Shown: positions 45,636-55,567 of the stretch, in pieces
Position numbering within the stretch: position 1 is the first letter of the stretch
How the letters are laid out: each line of letters opens with the position of its first letter
IMG/VR virus record: IMGVR_UViG_3300031111_000012
Location: 2,338 to 66,337 of that record
DNA: 64,000 bases
From: a virus
Direction: 5' to 3' (one strand)
The notes under the pieces: generated by a model
Told to the model about the DNA's origin: nothing
Database searches by the model: none
The model's input: the letters and a program-made list of their open reading frames with translations, nothing else
Program-made: the position numbers and the translations under genes

Positions 45636-46250
45636 TTATAGGAATGCATCATCCGGAGCGTAATCTTCTGAGTTCTTATGACGATCCTCTGCAAACTCCT
45701 TGCCCCAGGTATCCCTGTCTCTCCGCTCTAGCACCTGGAAGTCCCTGCGCCAGTAATCGTTACCAGGTGCATTGAGTCCAGTGTTCCTTGTTCTAAGGAA
45801 TGCAGCAGCTGCCCTCCTACAGGCCACCATGAACCTGTAGTAGGATTCCTCGAGCTGGGTTTGTTTGGAGTTCCAGTCAACCCGACCTTCCTCCATCGCT
45901 TCCTCAAAAGCAAGGCCGCGCTTCACCCAATGGTTGTAGGTTCGCTTACTCAATCCTGCAAGGTCGCACACTACACTGGGTGGGTTTCCCTCTGCAAGCA
46001 GATCAACGAAATAGTCCTCCATTGCATCAACAAGTGAAGGCAGACCTCCCTGGTTGCTTGTGCCGGGTGCCTGTTTGCATTGAAGGATTAACTCTGGGTA
46101 CCTGCCTTCCTCTATATGCTCCACTCCTATGTGCTCTACAGAGGCGCGTAAAGGTACCCGCTTTGTAGGTTTGCTGCCTTGTTTGGTATTGCGCCCCCTT
46201 CTACGGGTGGGCTTCCTTGTTGGGATTTGCTTATTGCTCCGCATATGCAT
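45636..46250 (-). CDS. Terminase small subunit
   Basis: LLAEGN...VCDLAGLSKRTYNHW..RG HTH, Y.RF...RRA.A, W......LERR....WG typical of TerS. Confidence 0.75.
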   Translation of the reverse strand: MHMRSNKQIPTRKPTRRRGRNTKQGSKPTKRVPLRASVEHIGVEHIEEGRYPELILQCKQAPGTSNQGGLPSLVDAMEDYFVDLLAEGNPPSVVCDLAGLSKRTYNHWVKRGLAFEEAMEEGRVDWNSKQTQLEESYYRFMVACRRAAAAFLRTRNTGLNAPGNDYWRRDFQVLERRDRDTWGKEFAEDRHKNSEDYAPDDAFL

Positions 46251-46401
46251 AGGCCCTAAGTGTTGGTTGGTTGTGAAAACCCATAACCTAACCTACGCCT
46301 AGGTACCTATGACTATATGGGATGGTATGTGCTGTACCTAATAAGACCCTACCTGGTGCTAGGCAAAAAGGCTCATTATTATTATAAAGGAGGACACCCT
46401 G

Positions 46402-46635
46402 TTACTCAGTGTCCTCTTCCTCTGCCTTAGCATATTCAGCAGCTACCTTAAGGTGGTTGATAGCTGCCCCCAGCTCATCTACAACGTCTCCCATGCCCTG
46501 CGGTGACCTCTCCGAAAACCTTTTTAACACTCGCAAGGCCTCAACATGGTCACCAAGGAGCTGGCTAAGCGTAAGCGGAAGTGTTGCCTGTGGTATGTCC
46601 ACTCCTCCTCTCAATAGGGTACTCATCCCTAGCAC
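46402..46635 (-). CDS. Hypothetical protein
   Basis: ORF in the minus-strand chain. Confidence 0.5.
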   Translation of the reverse strand: MLGMSTLLRGGVDIPQATLPLTLSQLLGDHVEALRVLKRFSERSPQGMGDVVDELGAAINHLKVAAEYAKAEEEDTE

Positions 46636-47081
46636 TCCCCTCCCTGCTGCTGAGCTACTTCGGAGTCAATCTTACTCCTCAGGTCTGACTTTTCATCCCC
46701 ATCCATGGTGGTGGAAATGAGTATCAGGTTACCACCCTTGGTATACCTTTCGTGCACTGTCACCCGCTTGGTAAGTAACCACTCCATCCGAATGCAGTCC
46801 TGGTATCCGCTTTCCTCACCTGCCAGGCAACCCATCTTGGATGCGTAGGTTCGGCGCTCTACCATCCTCATCAGGACCCACACGGTCACCGCGGTTGAGG
46901 CAATAGGCCCCAGGAGCAGTACCCCTACATACCACCTACCCTCCGGTTCATGGGCATCGAGGATTGCATAGCTGATAGCCATTCCGATAAGGATAACTAC
47001 CAATACCACCACCACTTCTACCAAATGCGCTTTTCCTTGTTTCATCTTCGTCACCTTAGTTTTTACAAACAACGTCCTCAA
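46629..47081 (-). CDS. Membrane protein
   Basis: Two TM helices; likely start at MKQGKAHLVE (pilin-like N-terminal methylation pattern). Confidence 0.6.
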   Translation of the reverse strand: MRTLFVKTKVTKMKQGKAHLVEVVVVLVVILIGMAISYAILDAHEPEGRWYVGVLLLGPIASTAVTVWVLMRMVERRTYASKMGCLAGEESGYQDCIRMEWLLTKRVTVHERYTKGGNLILISTTMDGDEKSDLRSKIDSEVAQQQGGEC

Positions 47082-47259
47082 GCGAAGGACCTCTTAACCG
47101 AATCGTTACTTCTACCATCCTATGGGACTCCGGTTTATCCCTTGGGGGCTCAATTGCACGCAGCTGCGTAAACACCACGCCTGCCTGTCCCTCTTGAATA
47201 AGCCGCTGCAGGCACTGTGCAAGATTGATTGCTTCCTTGTTGGGATTGGGCCTATGCAT
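47056..47259 (-). CDS. Hypothetical protein
   Basis: RBS GAGGAGG. Confidence 0.6.
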   Translation of the reverse strand: MHRPNPNKEAINLAQCLQRLIQEGQAGVVFTQLRAIEPPRDKPESHRMVEVTIRLRGPSLEDVVCKN

Positions 47260-47284
47260 TATTCCTCCTCAGTTGTAACTGTTG

Positions 47285-47461
47285 TTATACCCAATAGGGG
47301 GTGTACTCGCCTGTCTTGGTATCCTCCAGATCACAAACTCCATCGTTATCCACTACCCATAACACTGCATGAATGAATGCACCCAAGGTTGTACGGAAGG
47401 GCTTTGGACCGCTGGTATCCTCTGGGTAGTGGTGTACAAGGTAGCGCTTCTTACTATCCAC
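47285..47461 (-). CDS. 58-aa hypothetical protein (below track cut-off)
   Basis: GTG start after GGGAGG, (M)DSKKRYLVHHYPED...EYTPYWV; fills the gap. Confidence 0.55.
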   Translation of the reverse strand: MDSKKRYLVHHYPEDTSGPKPFRTTLGAFIHAVLWVVDNDGVCDLEDTKTGEYTPYWV

Positions 47462-47476
47462 GCTTAAGCCCCTCCC

Positions 47477-48382
47477 TTACTCAATGTCCTTCAGTATGTT
47501 CCGCGTCATCATGGACTGCACCGTAGTGAGGGCTTCGTTCCACTCATCGGATTGGTGCAGTGCATCGATCAACTGCCCGTAGTGTTGCTCAGTAACCGTA
47601 GTCCTTTTACTCATACTACGGTTAAGGGTACCTACCTTATCCATCAGGCGCTTAAGGGTACTGCCGCAGAGGTTCAATTGACCCTCCACCATCTTCACCA
47701 TGGAACACTGGGATTGGGCGTAGTCCTCGGCTGCCTTCTTCTCCGACAAGCAGGCCATTACCTCCTGTTGACTATCAGACAACGTCGTTTCTGCTTGTTC
47801 GATCTTTTCGTAAAGATCCTGCACCAAGGCATTGAGGCGGTGGATTTCCTCCTGCTGCTCCTTCAAGCGTTCCTCGTTCTTCACTGCAGAGTACGCCGGG
47901 TTGAGCTTTTCGTGATCAGCAGCAGCCTTATCCTCGTGATCAGCAGCAAACGTCTCCGATATTGAGCGTGTAAAGGAATCCTTACCTTCTCCCTCAGAGG
48001 TGTCCGGCGCAGGCCCTGCAAAATCCTCGAGAATTTGTGTGGGGCTCCAACCTTTCAGGGCTTCCTTGAGGGGAGTAGTTGGCTCTACCTCGATCTCCCC
48101 CAAGCAACCCAGGTACTCAATATCCTTGATGCACCCAGTGGGGATGGAAATATAACCGGTAACCTGGTCCTCCCCACCCAGGTCCTCCAGGCCTTCGTGT
48201 ACATGGGGAACGATGAGCTTCTCAGTATCCCCATCAACCATCAGGTACCCAATGCTCTCATGCTGGGTAGTGAATTTGGGTTTGCGGAAGGCATCCAGTA
48301 CCTCCTGCATAGCCTCCCACTGGCCATTGCTACCAATGCTGTCAACCCAGGTAACTTTTACGATCGGATAGATACTACTCAT
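47477..48382 (-). CDS. Hypothetical protein: small beta N-domain plus coiled coil
   Basis: IVKVTWVDS...SIGYL...IP.GCI.DI domain, then heptad repeats. Confidence 0.75.
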   Translation of the reverse strand: MSSIYPIVKVTWVDSIGSNGQWEAMQEVLDAFRKPKFTTQHESIGYLMVDGDTEKLIVPHVHEGLEDLGGEDQVTGYISIPTGCIKDIEYLGCLGEIEVEPTTPLKEALKGWSPTQILEDFAGPAPDTSEGEGKDSFTRSISETFAADHEDKAAADHEKLNPAYSAVKNEERLKEQQEEIHRLNALVQDLYEKIEQAETTLSDSQQEVMACLSEKKAAEDYAQSQCSMVKMVEGQLNLCGSTLKRLMDKVGTLNRSMSKRTTVTEQHYGQLIDALHQSDEWNEALTTVQSMMTRNILKDIE

Positions 48383-48394
48383 TTGCGCTAGCTC

Positions 48395-48643
48395 CTAATT
48401 GAGGTTCTTTGGTTGGGGGAAGTGGATTTCACCATTTCCCATGAGGTTGTAGTATACCTTCCCTACCTTCCACTCACCAGTACGCACCATGTGCTCCTGG
48501 TTTGCGTTGTACGGCAGCAAATCCCCATCCTCATCGATGAAGACAGGAAAAACAAAATGGTTGAGTGTTGGGTCCGCGGAAACTTGCATCAGCTCCCCAT
48601 CGTAAGGACCTCCGACTGCTTTTCTCGTTACAAGTTGGCGCAT
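48395..48643 (-). CDS. Hypothetical protein
   Basis: VGGPYDG motif; RBS AAGGAGG. Confidence 0.65.
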   Translation of the reverse strand: MRQLVTRKAVGGPYDGELMQVSADPTLNHFVFPVFIDEDGDLLPYNANQEHMVRTGEWKVGKVYYNLMGNGEIHFPQPKNLN

Positions 48644-48654
48644 GCTAGCCCTCC

Positions 48655-48852
48655 TTACTTAATCGTGTCAGATTTACTACTGCGGTGTTCGTCATCCCAA
48701 TACGCCTGGTCAAGCAACCATTGTGGGCATGCCTGCAGTGCCCTAGCCCTTCGGGTTCTTAGGTCCTCTGCCTGCTTCGTATTGTAATCAGGATGACGAA
48801 AGTCATAGGTCCACTGCAGATGCCTATCAGGATTTAAGGAAAGCCTTACCAT
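48655..48852 (-). CDS. Hypothetical protein
   Basis: Coupled ORF. Confidence 0.5.
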   Translation of the reverse strand: MVRLSLNPDRHLQWTYDFRHPDYNTKQAEDLRTRRARALQACPQWLLDQAYWDDEHRSSKSDTIK

Positions 48853-48854
48853 CC

Positions 48855-49142
48855 TTAACTTCCATTAATCGTATTCGGAGTATCCGGGATTATGTAGATA
48901 GCTACCTTATAGGATTTTCCTGCAACCCTATAGGAAGGACATACGCTTGTAGTTGCAACAAGCGCTTCCTTAAGCCCTTCCTGAGGAAGGCAGGAATCAA
49001 TTGCTGCCACGAGGAAAAAGGAAGCAGGTGCGAGCTTTTCGTCATTAGGATTTTTGAGTGCAGCCTGTAGGGCCCTGCTAAGGTTATCCCCTGCAGTCTC
49101 TAGGTAGTCCTCAATAGGACGATTCGGGTTGGAAGTTGGCAT
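48855..49142 (-). CDS. Hypothetical protein
   Basis: RBS AAGGAG. Confidence 0.6.
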   Translation of the reverse strand: MPTSNPNRPIEDYLETAGDNLSRALQAALKNPNDEKLAPASFFLVAAIDSCLPQEGLKEALVATTSVCPSYRVAGKSYKVAIYIIPDTPNTINGS

Positions 49143-49178
49143 CTAAATCTCCTTCGCGCGCCTGCGCATGAATAAACC

Positions 49179-49214
49179 TTAGCCTCTATACCCTAAAGGG
49201 TATATAGAGGCTAA
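49179..49214. promoter_or_regulatory. Intergenic palindrome with CCCTAAAGGG core (copy 2)
   Basis: ttagcctctata-ccctaaaggg-ta-tatagaggctaa. Confidence 0.55.
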
Positions 49215-49228
49215 ATAAGGTAGGTTTG

Positions 49229-49717
49229 TTAGTTACGGAAAATCCAAGCGGAACGAATGACTACCTTATCGATATTTTTGGAAGCTGCCTTAAGGTTTGG
49301 TGCAGCAGGATCCCACACTTGGGATCCGTCGAAGTAGACCATGTGGTACCCATCTTCCCTGAAGGTATCGATCATAAGCATTGCATTAAACCTGCTTGCA
49401 ATGAGGTACCCCTTGAGTTCCTTTTCAGTGTAGAGGCTGCCTGACATCCACCTTTCCCTGAGTACCCTTTCCTCAGGAGGCAGTGAGGTTACCAGGTGTT
49501 CCTTTGTCACCTCGTATTGGTACGGCATTCCCAACGCGTTCAGCAGGAAGAAAATCTCGGGCTCTGAAATTCCCTTAGGAATGTTTGTGTCCTTGAGGTG
49601 GTCCTCTGGTTTATGGATAAGTGAGCCCCGCACCTCTTCCTCAGAGAAACCTGAGGCCATCCTTATACATGCAATTACGCAATCCGCGTTTGTACGTTGA
49701 CCAATAAACTCCTGCAT
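49229..49717 (-). CDS. Peptidase C39-like cysteine protease
   Basis: QRTNADCVIACIRM (Q-x5-C) and HMVYFDG...WDP. Confidence 0.65.
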   Translation of the reverse strand: MQEFIGQRTNADCVIACIRMASGFSEEEVRGSLIHKPEDHLKDTNIPKGISEPEIFFLLNALGMPYQYEVTKEHLVTSLPPEERVLRERWMSGSLYTEKELKGYLIASRFNAMLMIDTFREDGYHMVYFDGSQVWDPAAPNLKAASKNIDKVVIRSAWIFRN

Positions 49718-49763
49718 TTTTAGCAGCTCCCAGCAATCTACCCTTCTAATTCAGCTTGAAACC

Positions 49764-50138
49764 TTAGCGGACCCGCTGCCTCCGCTTGCCTCCGCTGCGT
49801 TCACGCTTTTTGCTTGCGCTGGTAGCGCGGGGCTTAAGAGGAACGCGCCTGCGCGCTGCGGTCTTTTTCTCGGTGCGCGGGCTTACGCTAACAGGAAGTG
49901 GATTATCCACGTTTATGGAATCGGGCAGGATACCCAGGGCCTCCATCAGGGCAACCAAGTGCTCAACCTGGATCATGGTGGCAACAGGAGACCAAAAGAT
50001 GCGGCCATCGCTTTCCTTCAATTCGGGAGTAAGGATTGAGTTGTAGGAATCCCCCATACCGCGCAGGCCAGCCCCTACCCAAATACTGGTTGCAATTTCA
50101 CGCAGCGCTTCGATATCGATGTTTTCGTCACTCTTCAC
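49764..50138 (-). CDS. Hypothetical protein with basic C-tail (RRRVPLK)
   Basis: GTG start after AGGAG. Confidence 0.65.
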   Translation of the reverse strand: MKSDENIDIEALREIATSIWVGAGLRGMGDSYNSILTPELKESDGRIFWSPVATMIQVEHLVALMEALGILPDSINVDNPLPVSVSPRTEKKTAARRRVPLKPRATSASKKRERSGGKRRQRVR

Positions 50139-50535
50139 GATCGGTCTCCTTGAAAATGTTCCTCGGTATGGGCTCGTTTGGATCAACCAAACCCATAAGT
50201 ATTCGTAACTGGTTGAACATAGAATCGGAGGCCATAACCGCACGGGAAAACCTTACAACTCGGAATTTGAGTTTCATCAGTTCCGAAAAGGCCTCTTGGT
50301 GAACCTCCAGGGTAGCGAACTTCTTACCGCAGGTGAGGCACTCGCGACTCCTCCTTATTCCGGATCCTAGGGCATTGTTGCGCTTTCGGAAGCGGGTGGA
50401 TACAACTCTGCTTCTGCCGCTACTGCAATGCGGGCAAGACATGCTGCCGCTTGCCTCTGCATCCTCCGCCAGGGCACGCTTTACTTCCGCGGTAAGTGGA
50501 AAGCCTAGCGCGGGCTTTTTAGCTGGTGGTTTCAT
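50128..50535 (-). CDS. NrdR-like zinc-ribbon protein (no ATP-cone)
   Basis: MSCPHC...SRVVSTR...IRRSRECLTCGKKFATLE matches the NrdR N-terminal zinc finger. Confidence 0.75.
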   Translation of the reverse strand: MKPPAKKPALGFPLTAEVKRALAEDAEASGSMSCPHCSSGRSRVVSTRFRKRNNALGSGIRRSRECLTCGKKFATLEVHQEAFSELMKLKFRVVRFSRAVMASDSMFNQLRILMGLVDPNEPIPRNIFKETDREE

Positions 50536-50954
50536 TTTAGTTTTACTCTCCTGGTAGGCAGTTTTGTTGATCCCTTACTCCTCCGGGATTTCAGGGGCTT
50601 ACTTTTGCTGAGGCTTAAGTCCCTCTCCTCCCCATCAACAACCAGACGGTGGTCGTTGGAGTAGTCCTCCTGATAGGTGTGGTGTCCAAGCCCAGCAGCC
50701 CTGGTATACAGGCCGTAGTTTTGTTGCGTGAGCATAAGCAGCAGGTACGCAACATCATAGGGGATTTCAAAGGTACCCTTGCCTCGGATTGAAACTGCGT
50801 TGGAACCCTTCGGATCAACCAAGGCAGCTACCTGAACCTCAACGTCCGAGGCTAGGCAATCCTCGTAGTGCTCCTTTGATTCAAGGTGACCTTCTAAGCC
50901 CTCAAACAGGTCCCTGTTATCCCCAGGGGCTAGTAAGCGTGTACGTTTAGCCAT
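50532..50954 (-). CDS. Hypothetical protein with basic C-tail (KLPTRRVKLK)
   Basis: Coupled ORF after sbcC. Confidence 0.65.
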   Translation of the reverse strand: MAKRTRLLAPGDNRDLFEGLEGHLESKEHYEDCLASDVEVQVAALVDPKGSNAVSIRGKGTFEIPYDVAYLLLMLTQQNYGLYTRAAGLGHHTYQEDYSNDHRLVVDGEERDLSLSKSKPLKSRRSKGSTKLPTRRVKLK

Positions 50955-50957
50955 AGT

Positions 50958-52766
50958 TCAGTAAACCTTCTCAATAAAGCTTCCTTGAGTGTCCCTTACA
51001 ACCTTCCACGATCCTGTGAAGTTGCCTGATAATGTTCGGTGATCGCAAAGCCAAATAACCTTGCGTTCTCTAACGGCCCTTTCGCGCAGCACCTCTACCA
51101 GCTGTTCAACACCTTCGGGGCTCAACCAATTTGTAGGTTCATCCCAAGCCTCTACTTGCAGCTTTGATCCGGTTTCCGCTGCAATCAGTTCTGATAGTGC
51201 TATAGCACCAGCTAAGCGCAATCGTTGAGACTCCCCACCACTCCAGGACTCCCAGGGTACCTTCTCCTCGGACAGTGGAGCCTTTACTAGCACCTCAAGC
51301 CTTGCTGAGGTTGCATCCCCTTTTTTGTTTATACGCTTAGTTGAAAAGGTAAGCTCCCAGTCACCAAGCCCTATGGTATGCAGCACGGAGTTTACCACCC
51401 GCTGCAATTGCCCTAAGGCATCCTCCATAAGCATAAGGCGAAGCTCGCGGAATCCCGTTACCCAAAACTTGGCAAACTGATAGCGATCCCTCAAATCCGC
51501 ACCATTTATTTCAAGGTTTGAGAGTTGCCGTCTAAGGCTACGATAGCGTGCCTCTAGTGCTGCTATTTTGTCCTGGCGTTTGGATTCCCAGCTAGCAATG
51601 GTACTTAGGTTGGACTCCTTTTCCCTTATTGAAGCGGACACCTCAACTAGGCGATCTTCAAGGGAACCAAGGGCTTTATCACTAGCGCTTAGGCTGCTTT
51701 CAAGCTTCCGTATCTTTGAGCTGATAGCCCTACTATTTTCGGTGAGGGTTGCAATGGAAGCATCGATACCTTGCATCTCGTCCCAATAATCCTGCATACG
51801 CACCATAAGGCGAGTGGTTTCTGATTCTCTATGCATTCTGCTGAGGTGTTGTCCGCAGGTTGGGCAGTTACCCTTGGATTGCTCAAACATCTTGAGCTGT
51901 TTTTCGTCTGCCTCAATACGCAGCGACAGTTCCTGCTTTCTTCTTTGTAGGTTATCCTTAGCCTCTCTATGCTCTGAAAGTTCACCTTCTAGCTCCTCAA
52001 TTGCATCGGGAAGATGCTCGGACTTCTTAACTGCTTTATCTATCCGATTTAGAAGTCCTTGTTTTGAGGTTTCCAACTTCTTAAGGTCCCGCTTGAGTGC
52101 TGACTCTTCCTCCTTAATCCCTATGGATTCAGGCTCCAAGTCCTCTAGTTGCCTAACGGTATTCCCGAAGTCCCCCTCAACCCTGCCAAGCTCGTGATAG
52201 TTATCGCGCTCCTCTCTAGCTAGGTCCGAGGCGTAGGCACCAGCTGCCTTGCTATAGTCAAGGTATACGTTGAGCCCTAAAGCGCTGCATAGTACTGCTT
52301 CCTTCTTAGTAGGATCTAAGTCAAGGAAGGTGTCGTTGAATTGACCAAAGACAACAGAGTTGAGGAACGAGGGATACTCCATCCCTATAAGGCGCTCAAG
52401 TTGTGGTTGCTCTATGTTTTTATTTCCACGATCGCCTACAAGCATCAAGGAATTGGGCTTCCAGGTACGGCGAATAGTAATAACTTTACCCTTGGCCTCT
52501 ACAGTAAGTTGCACCATTACACCACCAGGCTTTTTACTACGCCAGCTGCTTATGTCCCCCGCCTTCAAGCCCCTTACTGTTTTGCCATATAGGCACCAGC
52601 AAACAGCATCCCATAGGGTTGACTTACCTACAGCATTGGCACCTAGCTCAGGCTTCTCGCGGTTTTCCCCTGTCATGTAGTAAACACCAGGCTGCCTTGG
52701 AAATAGGAAAGTCTGGTGCCTATGAAAGCCCTTAAATTTTTCTAGGGTAATTTTAGAAAATCTCAT
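50958..52766 (-). CDS. SbcC/Rad50-like ATPase (T4 gp46-like)
   Basis: GANAVGKST, coiled coil with CPTC zinc hook, WSGGE signature, WDEP. Confidence 0.93.
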   Translation of the reverse strand: MRFSKITLEKFKGFHRHQTFLFPRQPGVYYMTGENREKPELGANAVGKSTLWDAVCWCLYGKTVRGLKAGDISSWRSKKPGGVMVQLTVEAKGKVITIRRTWKPNSLMLVGDRGNKNIEQPQLERLIGMEYPSFLNSVVFGQFNDTFLDLDPTKKEAVLCSALGLNVYLDYSKAAGAYASDLAREERDNYHELGRVEGDFGNTVRQLEDLEPESIGIKEEESALKRDLKKLETSKQGLLNRIDKAVKKSEHLPDAIEELEGELSEHREAKDNLQRRKQELSLRIEADEKQLKMFEQSKGNCPTCGQHLSRMHRESETTRLMVRMQDYWDEMQGIDASIATLTENSRAISSKIRKLESSLSASDKALGSLEDRLVEVSASIREKESNLSTIASWESKRQDKIAALEARYRSLRRQLSNLEINGADLRDRYQFAKFWVTGFRELRLMLMEDALGQLQRVVNSVLHTIGLGDWELTFSTKRINKKGDATSARLEVLVKAPLSEEKVPWESWSGGESQRLRLAGAIALSELIAAETGSKLQVEAWDEPTNWLSPEGVEQLVEVLRERAVRERKVIWLCDHRTLSGNFTGSWKVVRDTQGSFIEKVY

Positions 52767-53881
52767 TTCTTAGAAGCCTTCAGTATTTCAGCACCCACTT
52801 CAGTGCATAGCTCAGTGAGTTGGGCCTTATCCGCAAAAACCCTAAGGGCTTGCTCAGCACTCCGATAACTACTGCCTAGTGCCTCTGCGGCCCCTAGTAA
52901 GTCTTCATCATCCTCGGCAGCCTCCAGTAAAGGCACCCTAACAATGCTTCTCTCCTTAACTCCGCCGTGCACAAGGAACCCGTGATCGTCACAGGCCTTC
53001 AGAATCAACGAACGGGCTATGCGCCAATCCTCGGGGTCCTTTGAGCTACCCGAAAGTTCCACGCTAACATGGTCACCTTCAGTAAGGTCCCAACGATCGA
53101 CAAGATCCTCGAAGGTTTCTATGTATCTTGTTAGCGGCAGTTTAAGGCTTGCGCGCTTTACTGTTGTAGGAAGCGTAAAAGTATTCCACGTAACCTCACC
53201 TCTATCCTTGGTTACGAGTAGAAACCGCCCCTCGTACACATCACCAAAATGCACCCCGTACGGAGTTCCTATATAAGTAATAGGACCTAGCTGTTGAGGT
53301 ACATGAATGTCCCCACTAAAGCATACCGCATTGAGATTTCGGAACATCTTGAAACTACTACCTGGAAGTTTCGATCCATTGCTAGCCTTAGCTCCGTTGA
53401 AGGTTTCGTGCATGATAATCACGTCACTATCCTTCAGGTACTGGAAGTTAATATCCTCCCGCTGCTGCATAGGCTCGTAGGAGTGGGGGATAAGATAGGT
53501 GAGGAAACCAGAAAGCAACTGTGTCCTAGGTCTTGTTACTACCTCAACCCCTAGATGCCGTAAAAAACCGAAGAAGGGGTACTGAGGATCGTTAAGGTGG
53601 TCATGGTTACCAACAACCCATACTAACTCACATTTGCAGCGGTCCCTTAGAAGGGTTGCAAGAGTCATAAAGGAATCCGCTACCCTTTTAACGAATCTCG
53701 CCTTATGGTCACTCTTCTTATCCGTTATGTCCCCCGCCACTACAACGGCCAGTATAGGCGTGCTTGTTTTCACGGAACCAACCACAGCGGACAGTACCCA
53801 CTCAAACACCTGCCACCTATACTCGTGCTCCGGATTGTCTGTAAGGTGCCAGTCTGTAGTAAGTAGGATCTGAGCGCTCAC
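52763..53881 (-). CDS. SbcD/Mre11-like nuclease (T4 gp47-like)
   Basis: TDWH, AGDI.D, GNHD, MHE, GDIH metallophosphoesterase motifs. Confidence 0.92.
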   Translation of the reverse strand: MSAQILLTTDWHLTDNPEHEYRWQVFEWVLSAVVGSVKTSTPILAVVVAGDITDKKSDHKARFVKRVADSFMTLATLLRDRCKCELVWVVGNHDHLNDPQYPFFGFLRHLGVEVVTRPRTQLLSGFLTYLIPHSYEPMQQREDINFQYLKDSDVIIMHETFNGAKASNGSKLPGSSFKMFRNLNAVCFSGDIHVPQQLGPITYIGTPYGVHFGDVYEGRFLLVTKDRGEVTWNTFTLPTTVKRASLKLPLTRYIETFEDLVDRWDLTEGDHVSVELSGSSKDPEDWRIARSLILKACDDHGFLVHGGVKERSIVRVPLLEAAEDDEDLLGAAEALGSSYRSAEQALRVFADKAQLTELCTEVGAEILKASKK

Positions 53882-54390
53882 TTCAGATGCCTCCGTTGCA
53901 GGACAGAGGTATCTCCCGAGTAGGTTTCCATTGCATAGGCTGCAAGCAAACAGGCATCCGCAAGGTTATGCGCCTTACTCTTGGCAATCCTTCCCCAATC
54001 AACTTCAGGGTACCTTTGACTTGCAAGCACCACCGACTTGTCCTTGCCCTTTCGGTTACTCAACCCGAAGTGGGCTTGCCATGCCTTTGGTTGGATGAGT
54101 CGAAAAGGAATCCGCCGCATCTCAAGAAAGGTTTTCGTCGCGTAGAAGGCTCCCCCAAAGGTAAAGGCAGCCTGCCTACCTTTCACTGCACCTGAGTTAA
54201 CCTCCTCAAGCCCTGCAATGAGAATAGGGCCGTGGGTCTGCGCCATAACCCTAAGTGCCGGGATGTAAACCTCACCCCGTGCCGAGTGCATTACCGGCAT
54301 AAAGCTATAAAAGGTTACCCTTCCGGTTTTCCCATCAATAACCACGATTGCACCAGAGATGCCTGGATCAATCCCCCATATTGTAGGCAT
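53878..54390 (-). CDS. RuvC-like Holliday junction resolvase
   Basis: GIDPGISGA, LEEV, P.AWQ, ADACLLA. Confidence 0.85.
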   Translation of the reverse strand: MPTIWGIDPGISGAIVVIDGKTGRVTFYSFMPVMHSARGEVYIPALRVMAQTHGPILIAGLEEVNSGAVKGRQAAFTFGGAFYATKTFLEMRRIPFRLIQPKAWQAHFGLSNRKGKDKSVVLASQRYPEVDWGRIAKSKAHNLADACLLAAYAMETYSGDTSVLQRRHLK

Positions 54391-55499
54391 CAGTACTTAC
54401 TCCTCGTTGGTAGGAACTTGGACTCCGTGGTCTCGTAAAGCTCGATCACGTACTTGCGTGCCAGTTTCATACGCTCCGGGTCCTCAAGCAGCTTGTTAAT
54501 ATGCACTGCAGTGAACTTGGAAGGAACCCCGATATCCTCAAGGGCATCCTTTGCCTTGATTGACTCGAGGTAGGCAACGCAGGCTTCTGCATCCTCCATC
54601 CCATAACCGAAGACGATCGGATACTGACACTCCCGGAAAGGTAGCCCTACCTTGTTTTTATCGTTGCGGGCTCTTATATCAACACCGACAACTCGGGCAA
54701 CTCCCCCTATCGTTTTCTTGCGCTTTTTCACCTCGGCCAGGACCATAACGAGGGATGCATAGAAGTCCAAGGCCTTACCACCACTGCGGGTCCACTTCTT
54801 ACCGAACACCGCGCCTATCTTGTCCCTGATTTGGGAAATGATGATAAGGGTGACGTATCCTGCCTTTATCTTGCGGACAAGCTTGCGAAACATCTCAGAC
54901 ATCATTTTGGCCTTCTCCTGACCATAGGTAGCCTCGCCGAAGTCCCTCTTTATCTCTGCCTCGGAGGAAAGGGAGTCCAGGCTGTCCACGATAACGAGAC
55001 GCTCCACCTTGTCCTCAGCCCCTCGGTCGGCGAGAGCTTCAATAAGGCCCGCCATAGCTTCCACGCTTTGGATGTCTTCGTGAAAGTGAATCTTACTTAC
55101 CGGTATCCCCAGGGCCTCCGCGTAGTCCTTATCGAACGCGGATTCCGCTTCGATATAGTGAGGCTCACCTTCGGGATAGGTAATGAGGAAGTTTACTACA
55201 GCCTCCATTGCCTGCAGTGTCTTGCCTGAGGACCTGTCCCCAATGATGTTGGTAACGCGATGCAGCGGATACCCGCCACCCATGGTGCAGTCCAAGGGGG
55301 TACAGCCCGATGGTATGAACTGTACCCCCTTCTTAATGGCAGAGGCAAAGTAGAGGGATTTCAGTGCTCCCTCAACTCCCTTTGCCGGTTTGTCTTGGGC
55401 CCCCTTGATAGGTCTCCGAACTACCTTCTTGTTGGTAGTTTTCTTTCGTGAAGGGCCGGAGGCCTTGGCGCCTGTGCGCTTTAATGGCTTTCTTTGCAT
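54390..55499 (-). CDS. recA: RecA-family recombinase with basic N-terminal extension
   Basis: GDRSSGKT, IVDSL, ISQIRDKIG, SGGKALDFYAS, KNKVGLPFRE. Confidence 0.93.
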   Translation of the reverse strand: MQRKPLKRTGAKASGPSRKKTTNKKVVRRPIKGAQDKPAKGVEGALKSLYFASAIKKGVQFIPSGCTPLDCTMGGGYPLHRVTNIIGDRSSGKTLQAMEAVVNFLITYPEGEPHYIEAESAFDKDYAEALGIPVSKIHFHEDIQSVEAMAGLIEALADRGAEDKVERLVIVDSLDSLSSEAEIKRDFGEATYGQEKAKMMSEMFRKLVRKIKAGYVTLIIISQIRDKIGAVFGKKWTRSGGKALDFYASLVMVLAEVKKRKKTIGGVARVVGVDIRARNDKNKVGLPFRECQYPIVFGYGMEDAEACVAYLESIKAKDALEDIGVPSKFTAVHINKLLEDPERMKLARKYVIELYETTESKFLPTRSKY

Positions 55500-55567
55500 G
55501 CTGATAGTGCTCCAGTAAAAAGAGGGCGTCCTTGCCCTAACAGCGCATACCCAAATTTGCGCAGGCC

